DNA of 37,439 bases from a virus (Duplodnaviria; Caudoviricetes): the IMG/VR virus record IMGVR_UViG_3300043036_000079, positions 1 to 37,439 of that record, one strand, 5' to 3'. Shown here piece after piece: positions 1-6,734 of the stretch (position 1 is the first letter of the stretch; each line of letters begins with the position of its first letter). Below the pieces are notes generated by a model. That model was not told where the DNA came from and ran no database searches. It worked only from the letters and a program-made list of their open reading frames with translations. The translations under genes were made by a program, and so were the position numbers.

Positions 1-556
1 CACCCGCACGCGCGGGCAGACGCGCACAGGCAGGCGCGCACGCGCAAGCGCGGGGCCATTTGCCCGGTTGGGCGTTTTGGGCATGACAAAAACAATCGGC
101 TGGCGCGCCAGCTTGCACAGGTCGCATGTTGGCATGGGCGGTTTAAGCAAAGCGCAAACCAGAGGCACATCACGGGCGCGATTGCGTGACAATGTGACAA
201 TCCATGCGAACCTGGCGCGAACCTGGGTTTTCTTAGGCAAACGGTGATAATGCGATTTTACCAGCAATATCACAGGGTTAGAGCTAAAAAAACGGATTTA
301 GGCGGTTTAAGCCATGCCGGAAAAGTCGCGCCAGATACGGGGCTGCACAGCGCGCCAGCGTCACAGCCTATACACATACATATTTTCTTATTGGGTATAG
401 CCGCAACAAAACCCAAATAGCTTAAATCCCCTCCTAGCCTCTTGGATTCCCACGCAAAAAAGCCGTTTAGGATTCCGCCCTATCGCTGACAATCCCGCGC
501 CAATCTTCGGCAATCCAGGCTAACATTACAAATTAGTAAGAATGCAGAAAAATGTG

Positions 557-584
557 TTGCAGGGTTGGCCGGCGTTGATATGAT
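557..584 (+). promoter_or_regulatory. Putative sigma70-type early promoter
   Basis: TTGCAG (557-562), 16 nt, TATGAT (579-584), with an A-rich upstream tract, ahead of the first + strand gene. Confidence 0.6.
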
Positions 585-618
585 GGGCGCATCAACTCAG
601 CAACGAAGGGAAACGCAA

Positions 619-777
619 ATGCTCGAAGCGCACTACACCACCGGCAAGCAACCTACTCTGGCTTTCGCCGTCACCACCAACGGCCGCCGCGATTGGCTCG
701 ACACTGTCGCCGTTGCCGGCAAGCGCGAGGCGCGCAAGCTGGCGGTTGCCCGCGGCGCCACGCCTTGGAATTTCTAA
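619..777 (+). CDS. Small early hypothetical protein (52 aa)
   Basis: ATG619 follows the AACGAAGGGAAAC leader motif. Translates MLEAHYTTGKQ...TPWNF. Confidence 0.7.
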   Translation: MLEAHYTTGKQPTLAFAVTTNGRRDWLDTVAVAGKREARKLAVARGATPWNF

Positions 778-785
778 CTGCACCA

Positions 786-805
786 GGGCCGGCGCAAGCC
801 GGCCC
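786..805 (+). other. GC-rich hairpin with GNRA loop, no U-tract
   Basis: GGGCCGGC-GCAA-GCCGGCCC, intergenic. Confidence 0.6.
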
Positions 806-828
806 ACCATAAACGAAGGGAAACTAAA

Positions 829-975
829 ATGAAGCCGAACCGCAACAAGCCGAACGATTATCGCAACTGGACTCGCGCCGCGCTTGACGCCGCTATCATG
901 TACGAAATTGAGAATTGCCGCTGCACGCAGCGCCTCAACCATTTGCTGGCCGCGCGCAACTACAAGGGAGCCTAA
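829..975 (+). CDS. Small early hypothetical protein (48 aa, not in ORF track)
   Basis: MKPNRNKPNDYRNWTRAALDAAIMYEIENCRCTQRLNHLLAARNYKGA*, preceded by AACGAAGGGAAAC. Confidence 0.7.
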   Translation: MKPNRNKPNDYRNWTRAALDAAIMYEIENCRCTQRLNHLLAARNYKGA

Positions 976-978
976 GTC

Positions 979-1140
979 ATGACAACCACGCTCAAGCCCG
1001 GCGACACGGTGCGTATCATCAGCCGCCAGCGTACCGGCACCATTGACCGTATCAGCGACGGGATCGCTATCATCCGGCCAGACGATAACGTCTCACACTT
1101 CACCGCCGCTTTCGTCACTGATTTGGAGCCTACGCCATGA
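979..1140 (+). CDS. Small KOW/SH3-like protein (53 aa, not in ORF track)
   Basis: MTTTLKPGDTVRIISRQRTGTIDRISDGIAIIRPD... resembles the KOW pattern (GDxVxI...GxI). GGAG SD upstream. Confidence 0.6.
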   Translation: MTTTLKPGDTVRIISRQRTGTIDRISDGIAIIRPDDNVSHFTAAFVTDLEPTP

Positions 1141-1202
1141 TCAAAGATGCCCTCGCCATGCTGGCGCTTTTCGCTTGCCTCGTCGTGCTGGCGCTCATCT
1201 AA
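1137..1202 (+). CDS. Putative 21-aa hydrophobic membrane peptide
   Basis: MIKDALAMLALFACLVVLALI*. ATGA overlap with the upstream gene and GGAG SD. Confidence 0.55.
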   Translation: MIKDALAMLALFACLVVLALI

Positions 1203-1218
1203 ACGAAAGGAAACTATC

Positions 1219-1434
1219 ATGAGCCAAGCCAACACAACCAACATGCTGCACTATCTCGTCACGGGAGACCGTCTCTGGAACGGCGTCATTGTGACGGCGC
1301 CGCTTGCGGCCGCCTACAATCGCCTGACAGACAAAATCGCCGCTTACGACCGGGCCGGGCGCAAGCCGCCGGAAAACATCCTGAACGGCCGCCACAATCT
1401 GTTGAACGGCCATTATAACTGGAACCACAAGTAA
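1219..1434 (+). CDS. Early hypothetical protein (71 aa)
   Basis: ATG1219 follows the AACGAAAGGAAAC leader. Translates MSQANTTN...YNWNHK. Confidence 0.7.
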   Translation: MSQANTTNMLHYLVTGDRLWNGVIVTAPLAAAYNRLTDKIAAYDRAGRKPPENILNGRHNLLNGHYNWNHK

Positions 1435-1435
1435 G

Positions 1436-1501
1436 GTCGAAACGCGCGCTCTGGCGCGCGTCACTGCCGGGCGGCTCCCGGCAGTCTGATGAGACAAGCC
1501 G
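1436..1501 (+). ncRNA. Type II hammerhead self-cleaving ribozyme
   Basis: GTC (1436-38), GAAA, stem III ACGCGCGC/GCGCGCGT, C1462 cleavage nucleotide (GUC), stem I ACTGCCGGG/CCCGGCAGT, CTGATGA (1486-92), GAC closing stem II. Loop I CGGCT pairs with downstream AGCCG (1497-1501). Confidence 0.92.
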
Positions 1502-1518
1502 ATACAGGAGACGACACT

Positions 1519-2118
1519 ATGACAACCACCATCACCGTAAACGCCGATATGCTGCGCGCCGCGCTCTTGTGCGCGTCCACTGAAGAAACACGCTATTATC
1601 TGAAGGGCGTGTTTGTGGATCCGGCCGGCAAGCTGGTTAGCACAGACGGCCGCCGCATGTTCGTCGGCACTATCGACCTTGCCGCCAGTGAGCATAACCC
1701 GGCGCCAGGATCATTCACCGAATGGATTATCTGCCGCGATGTGCTGAAACGCGCGTTGGCTGGCCACAAACTGCCCACAATCACGATCGCGCCTGAGCGC
1801 ACCGGTGACATTGCCTGCAAGCCGATCGACGGTACGTTCCCCGATTGGCGCCGTGTTGTGCCGTCCGAAATCAGCGGCACCATTGCACAGTTTAATCCGG
1901 CATATGTGGCCGACATGGGCAAGATTGGCCTGTTGCTGCAAGGCAAGCCTAAGCGCGGCTATTCGAGCGGCACAGGCTTGACGGCGCACATCCACCACAA
2001 TGGCGAGAGCGCCGCCGGCGTCACCTTCCCCGGCGTTGATGATGCCTATGCCGTCCTGATGCCTATCAGGGGCGCCTACCATGATGACGCTGCCCAATGG
2101 GCCACCGTCACCGCCTAA
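1519..2118 (+). CDS. DNA polymerase III beta (sliding clamp)-like protein, truncated phage form
   Basis: Motifs STEETRYYLKGV, VSTDGRR and IDGTFPDWRRVVP match the DnaN central/C-terminal region. AGGAGA SD before ATG1519. Confidence 0.75.
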   Translation: MTTTITVNADMLRAALLCASTEETRYYLKGVFVDPAGKLVSTDGRRMFVGTIDLAASEHNPAPGSFTEWIICRDVLKRALAGHKLPTITIAPERTGDIACKPIDGTFPDWRRVVPSEISGTIAQFNPAYVADMGKIGLLLQGKPKRGYSSGTGLTAHIHHNGESAAGVTFPGVDDAYAVLMPIRGAYHDDAAQWATVTA

Positions 2119-2124
2119 CAACGC

Positions 2125-2152
2125 GCCAGGGCGGCCAGAGCGCCGCCCTGGC
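2125..2152 (+). other. Intergenic 11-bp stem hairpin (possible mRNA processing/stability element)
   Basis: GCCAGGGCGGC-CAGAGC-GCCGCCCTGGC, no U-tract. Confidence 0.55.
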
Positions 2153-2174
2153 CCACACAGACAAGGAAAATACA

Positions 2175-2456
2175 ATGCCCGCGCTTATCATCACGCAAGG
2201 TATCGAAACCCGTTATCTTGGGCCAACCAATAGCCGCCCTGGTCGCATAAAGGCGACGGCATGGGCCGGTAGCATCACCGTATCGTATGATCATGCGCTA
2301 TCAATCGAGGGCAACCACCGCGCGGCTGCAATGGCCCTAGTCGCCGAGCTAGGTTGGCTCGACACGGCGCCGGCGGAAGCATGGGCAACCGGCGGCAACG
2401 CGCGCGGCAATGGGTATATCCACGTCAACACTCACCGCAATCTGTGGGAGAAATAA
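2175..2456 (+). CDS. Conserved phage early hypothetical protein
   Basis: TRYLGPTNSRPGRIKA motif, which I recall from phage early proteins. AAGGA SD. Confidence 0.7.
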   Translation: MPALIITQGIETRYLGPTNSRPGRIKATAWAGSITVSYDHALSIEGNHRAAAMALVAELGWLDTAPAEAWATGGNARGNGYIHVNTHRNLWEK

Positions 2457-2459
2457 ACC

Positions 2460-2675
2460 ATGACAGCCAAACAGATAGCCGCGGACGCTATCGCCCGTTA
2501 CGGCGCCGCAGAGGCCGCGCGCCTCTACCGCGAGTCCGAGGCCGCCCATTACAGCGAGGCGCAATGGTGCGACAGCGCCAGCGATGAGCGCCGCAAGCTG
2601 CAACTGGCCGAAAGCTATGGGCGCATTGCAGACTTGATCGAGCAACAGACAACCAACCAGGAGCAAGACCAATGA
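2460..2675 (+). CDS. Hypothetical protein
   Basis: GGAG SD, tight operon packing. Confidence 0.65.
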   Translation: MTAKQIAADAIARYGAAEAARLYRESEAAHYSEAQWCDSASDERRKLQLAESYGRIADLIEQQTTNQEQDQ

Positions 2676-2977
2676 ACGAGAAAACACCGATTGTATTTGG
2701 CCCGTCACCCGGACAGGCCGCCTATGCCGCATGGTGCGATGAGTTCGGCCACAAGGAAGATCCGTGGCAGGAATTGACCGTCACTACGCAGGAGGCATGG
2801 AATGAGATTGCGGAGCGTGTAGCGACCGACACCGTGATCTTGCCGGTGAACGGCTTTGAAGTGACCGTCCGGACGCGCAACGGCACGCTAACCTTTGCGT
2901 GGGTAGGTCAAGCGGATCATCAGATGCACAGTATGATGATGACAGCCATAAGCCGCGCGGCAACAGGGGAGGCTTGA
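2672..2977 (+). CDS. Hypothetical protein
   Basis: ATGA overlap with the upstream gene, AGGAG SD. Confidence 0.65.
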   Translation: MNEKTPIVFGPSPGQAAYAAWCDEFGHKEDPWQELTVTTQEAWNEIAERVATDTVILPVNGFEVTVRTRNGTLTFAWVGQADHQMHSMMMTAISRAATGEA

Positions 2978-2980
2978 ACC

Positions 2981-3166
2981 ATGAAATTGAACGACCGGAA
3001 CTATCTTCGCACGCTGCCCACGCTGGCGCTGTTAGACGCTGCAAAGCATGATAGCGAATTGTCCCTTGTGCTGGCCGAACGGCTAACCGAGGCCCAGGCC
3101 GACATTGCCAAGCTCTGGCGGCAGTATGACGACTTGCAGGCCGCGCGCGATGACGCTGGCGCATAG
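2981..3166 (+). CDS. Hypothetical coiled-coil protein
   Basis: GGAGG SD, helical heptad-like sequence. Confidence 0.65.
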   Translation: MKLNDRNYLRTLPTLALLDAAKHDSELSLVLAERLTEAQADIAKLWRQYDDLQAARDDAGA

Positions 3167-3167
3167 C

Positions 3168-3233
3168 ATGGCCGGGCTTTTGATCGCGCTGGCGCTGTTG
3201 GCGCTGGCCCTACTGATAGAGGATGACAGATAA
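3168..3233 (+). CDS. Putative 21-aa hydrophobic membrane peptide
   Basis: MAGLLIALALLALALLIEDDR* exactly fills the gap, with a TAATG overlap into the next gene. Confidence 0.5.
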   Translation: MAGLLIALALLALALLIEDDR

Positions 3234-3826
3234 TGATGACGATTAACGAACTGTTGGCCGCTTGGCCTACCGACATTCCAATGAAGGGCAGTCTGATTGA
3301 CGGCGAAGGGTGTATGTGCGCCCAGGGGCAAGTGTTGCATTATATCGGCGGCATGACGCCGGATGATCTGCGCCGCATTAAGCAGGTGGATGCTGATCGC
3401 CAGACGGCTGAACTGCTGGGGATCAGCACCGCTCATGCGGTGCTGTTGCGACAGGTTAATGACCGTATGCCGGGCGCGCCAACGTGTGTGCTGACCGAGC
3501 CGGAGAAGGTTCTAGGCGATCAGGCGCAACGAGTGCTGGCGTTCTGGCGGTACCTTGACCGCATGACTGCGGATGATTGGGCGAAAATGAACGCCGCAAG
3601 GGCCGCCGCATGGGACGCCGCATGGGACGCCGCATGGGACGCCGCAAGGGCCGCCGCAAGGGCCGCCGCAAGGGTTGCCGCATGGGACGCCGCAGGGGAC
3701 GCCGCAGGGGACGCCGCATGGGCAACCCATGAAATACAAGGTGCGGCCATCATGCGGGAGCGTGGTCAGCCGTTCATTTTCCTGCCGATGTTCGGCTTTG
3801 CAACACCAGAGGATATTCACCCATGA
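3233..3826 (+). CDS. Hypothetical protein with AA(W/R/G)(D/A) tetrapeptide repeat
   Basis: GAGG SD. C-terminal AARAAAWDAAWDAA repeats. Confidence 0.75.
   Translation: MMTINELLAAWPTDIPMKGSLIDGEGCMCAQGQVLHYIGGMTPDDLRRIKQVDADRQTAELLGISTAHAVLLRQVNDRMPGAPTCVLTEPEKVLGDQAQRVLAFWRYLDRMTADDWAKMNAARAAAWDAAWDAAWDAARAAARAAARVAAWDAAGDAAGDAAWATHEIQGAAIMRERGQPFIFLPMFGFATPEDIHP
3593..3724 (+). repeat. Tandem 12-bp repeat, 11 units (GCCGCA-NGG-GNN)
   Basis: Units gccgcatgggac, gccgcaagggcc and gccgcaggggac read directly in the sequence. Confidence 0.9.
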
Positions 3827-4032
3827 ACAGCACATCACCGCGCCAAGAGCGCGACATACTGCAAGACGCCGCTGCGGCGCTTGCAGAGCACGACAGGCTC
3901 CACAGCGCCACCCGCGCCTTGGACGCGCGCATTGAGGCCCTATGCCGCGAATATGGGGACGCCACCCGGCGATGGGGTTATGCACCGCACCATCTGCGCC
4001 AGACGTGCGCCGCGCAGGGGCTGCTGTCATGA
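3823..4032 (+). CDS. Hypothetical protein
   Basis: ATGA overlaps at both ends, GAGGA SD. Confidence 0.65.
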   Translation: MNSTSPRQERDILQDAAAALAEHDRLHSATRALDARIEALCREYGDATRRWGYAPHHLRQTCAAQGLLS

Positions 4033-4472
4033 CCGCCCGCAAGGCTATCATCCATAACCGCGTGTTCTGGTGGCTGTATCCGGACGGGCGCCGGGAGCGC
4101 ATATATGCGAACGAGCGCATCAGGGCGCACCTGTCCCAGGTCGCATCTGTAGAGGCGCGCATGGCCAAGGAGGAGGCGCCCAAGGGGCGCACCAACCACC
4201 CGCCACGCCCGCCAGGGACGGCGCCCACCTTGCCCGCAATCGGACACCCTCACGATAGTCTGACACTGGGGGAGCTTGCCCACATGTATGGCTGGGGGAG
4301 CGTGTACCGCTTCAGCGAGGCCCTACGCAAACACCGCCGGCCTATCTATGAACAGGCGCGGGCCAACGGCAACGCTAAGTCAGCCGCCAACCTAACGCCG
4401 CCGGTTGCAACAGACAGTTTGACGTGCCATACAACCCACCCAAACAAAGGAAACGACAATGCAACACAGTAG
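4029..4472 (+). CDS. Putative DNA-binding protein with AraC-like HTH
   Basis: LTLGELAHMYGWGSVYRFSEALRKH resembles the AraC C-terminal HTH (EIA..xGF.S..YFSR.FKK). ATGA-coupled start at 4029. Confidence 0.55.
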   Translation: MTARKAIIHNRVFWWLYPDGRRERIYANERIRAHLSQVASVEARMAKEEAPKGRTNHPPRPPGTAPTLPAIGHPHDSLTLGELAHMYGWGSVYRFSEALRKHRRPIYEQARANGNAKSAANLTPPVATDSLTCHTTHPNKGNDNATQ

Positions 4473-5580
4473 GATCGTGGGCGGATCGACCGCCAAGCGC
4501 GTGATCGCCTGCCCAGGCAGCGTGGCGCTGGTGGACAAGATGCCACCCAGCCCGAGCAGCAGCTACGCCAACGAAGGGACGCTGCTGCACGACACCATCG
4601 CGGACGTGCTGGACAAGAACAAGCCGCCAGAGTTCTATCTGGGGCGCACCCATGAGGGCATTACGCTGGATGAAGACCTGATCGAGCGCAAGCTGCGCCC
4701 GGCGCTGGCCGCGCTGGATGAGATCGACCCAGAGGGAAGGATGGAATATGCTGTCGAAAGCCGGGTGGGGTTTGGCGATTATCTGCCTGACGTTTTTGGT
4801 AGTACTGATTTTCTGGGCCGCATTGGTTGGCGCGCTGTTGTGCTGGATTGGAAGTTCGGCGATGGAATCCCTGTCGGCGCTGAAGAAAACGCCCAGCTGA
4901 TGTTCTACGCCGCCGCCGCGATGCGGACGGACGCCACGAAGTGGGTGTTTGAAGGCGTGGAGGAGGTCGAACTGATCATCGTGCAGCCGCCCAGCGTCAA
5001 GCGGTGGGTGACCACGGTGGAGCGCATCAAAGCCTTCGAGGCTGACCTGAAGGCGGCTGTGACGCGCGCGTTGAAGCCTGACGCACCGCTGAAGGCTGGT
5101 GACCACTGCAAGTGGTGTACTGCCAAGCCTGTCTGCCCGGTGATGACCGGCGCCGTGGATCGCCTGCTGGCGACCAAGCTGGACGCCGTTCCGGCGGATC
5201 AGATCGCGCACTATCTGGATCAGGTGCCGCTGGTGGAAGACTTCATCGCTGGCTTGCAGGCGCTGGCCTTGCAGATGCTGACCGAGGGCAAGCCGGTGGG
5301 CGATTGGAAGTTGGTGTCGAAGCGCGCGACCCGCCAGTGGGCCGACGAGGACAAGGCTGTAGCGTTCCTGTCGAGCGCGGGCGTGGAAGCCTGGGCCGAA
5401 CCGAAGGCCATCACGCCCGCGGTGGCCGACAAGGCGCTGAAGAAGATGAAGATCGAATTGCCGGCTGACCTGGTGGTCGCCGTCTCCAGTGGTAACACGT
5501 TAGCACCGGGGAATGACCCCCGGCCCGCAGTGTTGCAAATCGGCCACACGCTGAAAAAAGCGATGGCCAAAATCCAGTAA
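4459..5580 (+). CDS. Cas4-like PD-(D/E)XK exonuclease (DUF2800-type)
   Basis: ACPGS, EGTLLH, FGSTDF...LDWKFG, QLMFYA, and C-terminal HCKWC...C (split Fe-S cysteines). Confidence 0.88.
   Translation: MQHSRIVGGSTAKRVIACPGSVALVDKMPPSPSSSYANEGTLLHDTIADVLDKNKPPEFYLGRTHEGITLDEDLIERKLRPALAALDEIDPEGRMEYAVESRVGFGDYLPDVFGSTDFLGRIGWRAVVLDWKFGDGIPVGAEENAQLMFYAAAAMRTDATKWVFEGVEEVELIIVQPPSVKRWVTTVERIKAFEADLKAAVTRALKPDAPLKAGDHCKWCTAKPVCPVMTGAVDRLLATKLDAVPADQIAHYLDQVPLVEDFIAGLQALALQMLTEGKPVGDWKLVSKRATRQWADEDKAVAFLSSAGVEAWAEPKAITPAVADKALKKMKIELPADLVVAVSSGNTLAPGNDPRPAVLQIGHTLKKAMAKIQ
4748..4900 (+). CDS. Candidate nested (+1 frame) 50-aa membrane protein
   Basis: GGAAGG SD 7 nt before ATG4748. MLSKAGWGLAIICLTFLVVLIFWAALVGALLCWIG... 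The host gene's third positions become T-rich over this span. Confidence 0.45.
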   Translation: MLSKAGWGLAIICLTFLVVLIFWAALVGALLCWIGSSAMESLSALKKTPS

Positions 5581-5595
5581 GGAAAGGGTACGACA

Positions 5596-6240
5596 ATGAA
5601 CGAAGTTACCAAGTTTGGCGGCGCTGGTCTGCCGTCTGTTAAGTCGCTGGCGTCCGCCCTGCGCTCCATCGAATCGTCGGCGGGTGCTGGCGGCATGGCC
5701 ATCCTCAAGATGGACAAGACCGGCCATTGGGTCTTCGGTGCCGATCAGACCGAGGTCGAGGATGACAGCCTGTGGGCCGTCAATCCGTTCTCGTTTGTCC
5801 ACGGCTACATCGCTTGGGGTGATGGCGAAGTGCTGGCTGAGAAGATGGTCAGCGTCTCTGAGCCGCTGCCGGAACTCGACCCCGCCCCCGGCGGTGCCAA
5901 GCGCGGCTGGGAAATGCAGATCGGCATGACGCTGGCCTGCACGAACGGCGAGGACGAGGGCCTTCAGGTGCGCTACAGCGTCACCAGCGTCGGCGGCAAG
6001 CGCGCCGTGCAGGGTCTGGCCGTGGCCATCGCTGAACAGGTCGATAAAGACCAGGACAAGCCCGTGCCGGTGGTGCGCCTCAAGAAGGAACACTATCAGC
6101 ATAAGAGCTATGGCCGCATCTTCACGCCGGTGTTTGACATCGTGAAGTGGTCGGGCATGGACGCAGCCCCGGCGGAGGAAGACGCCGAGGCAGCGGAAGC
6201 CCCGGCTGAAGATGCACCGCGCCGCCGGCGCCGCGCGTAA
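5596..6240 (+). CDS. Putative single-stranded DNA-binding protein
   Basis: Lies between the exonuclease and PolA. Aromatic beta-rich core and acidic C-terminal tail. Confidence 0.6.
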   Translation: MNEVTKFGGAGLPSVKSLASALRSIESSAGAGGMAILKMDKTGHWVFGADQTEVEDDSLWAVNPFSFVHGYIAWGDGEVLAEKMVSVSEPLPELDPAPGGAKRGWEMQIGMTLACTNGEDEGLQVRYSVTSVGGKRAVQGLAVAIAEQVDKDQDKPVPVVRLKKEHYQHKSYGRIFTPVFDIVKWSGMDAAPAEEDAEAAEAPAEDAPRRRRRA

Positions 6241-6254
6241 ACTGGGCAGCGAAC

Positions 6255-6280
6255 GCCGGGGCGGATTGGGCCGCCCCGGC
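6255..6280 (+). terminator. Hairpin after the SSB gene (possible weak terminator or stabiliser)
   Basis: GCCGGGGCGG-ATTGGG-CCGCCCCGGC, no U-tract. Confidence 0.4.
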
Positions 6281-6307
6281 TAGTAGCGGATGAAGTGAGG
6301 CATCAAA

Positions 6308-6733
6308 ATGACTAACGTACACTTTTCAAGCGCGACTGATTTGTGGGCCACGCCGCAAGACTTTTTTGACCGTTACAACGGTTTGTACGGTTTTCAATTA
6401 GACGTGTGCGCGTCTCCAGAAAACGCGAAATGCGCCAGATTCTTCACAAAAGAAGACGACGGGCTGGCGCAGGAATGGGCGGGTGTCTGTTGGATGAACC
6501 CACCTTATGGGCGCGGTATCAAACATTGGATGCGTAAGGCGTATCAAAGCAGCCTTGCGGGCGCTACTGTCGTTTGTCTTGTCCCGGCGCGCACAGATAC
6601 GGCATGGTGGCATGACTACGCCGTGAAGGGCCAGATTGAATTTATTAGAGGTCGATTGAAGTTCGGCGGCGCTGTTAACTCCGCACCGTTTCCTTCAGCG
6701 GTGGTCGTATTTACCCCGCCGCTGGGGCGCTAA
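6308..6733 (+). CDS. Phage DNA N6-adenine methyltransferase (Dam-like)
   Basis: WATPQDFF, LDVCA, catalytic WMNPPY, LVPARTDTAWW, FIRGRLKF. Confidence 0.9.
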   Translation: MTNVHFSSATDLWATPQDFFDRYNGLYGFQLDVCASPENAKCARFFTKEDDGLAQEWAGVCWMNPPYGRGIKHWMRKAYQSSLAGATVVCLVPARTDTAWWHDYAVKGQIEFIRGRLKFGGAVNSAPFPSAVVVFTPPLGR

Positions 6734-6734
6734 C

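Noticed and set aside
1489-1518. ORF-track start at ATG1489 for the clamp-like gene
   Set aside because: That ATG is part of the hammerhead CUGAUGA core. The AGGAGA SD supports ATG1519.
3593-3724. CRISPR array or DGR variable region
   Set aside because: The 12-bp units are contiguous with no spacers. There is no reverse transcriptase or template repeat in the window.
4459-5580. CRISPR-Cas system implied by the Cas4-like gene
   Set aside because: It is a stand-alone phage replication/recombination nuclease, with no array or other cas genes.
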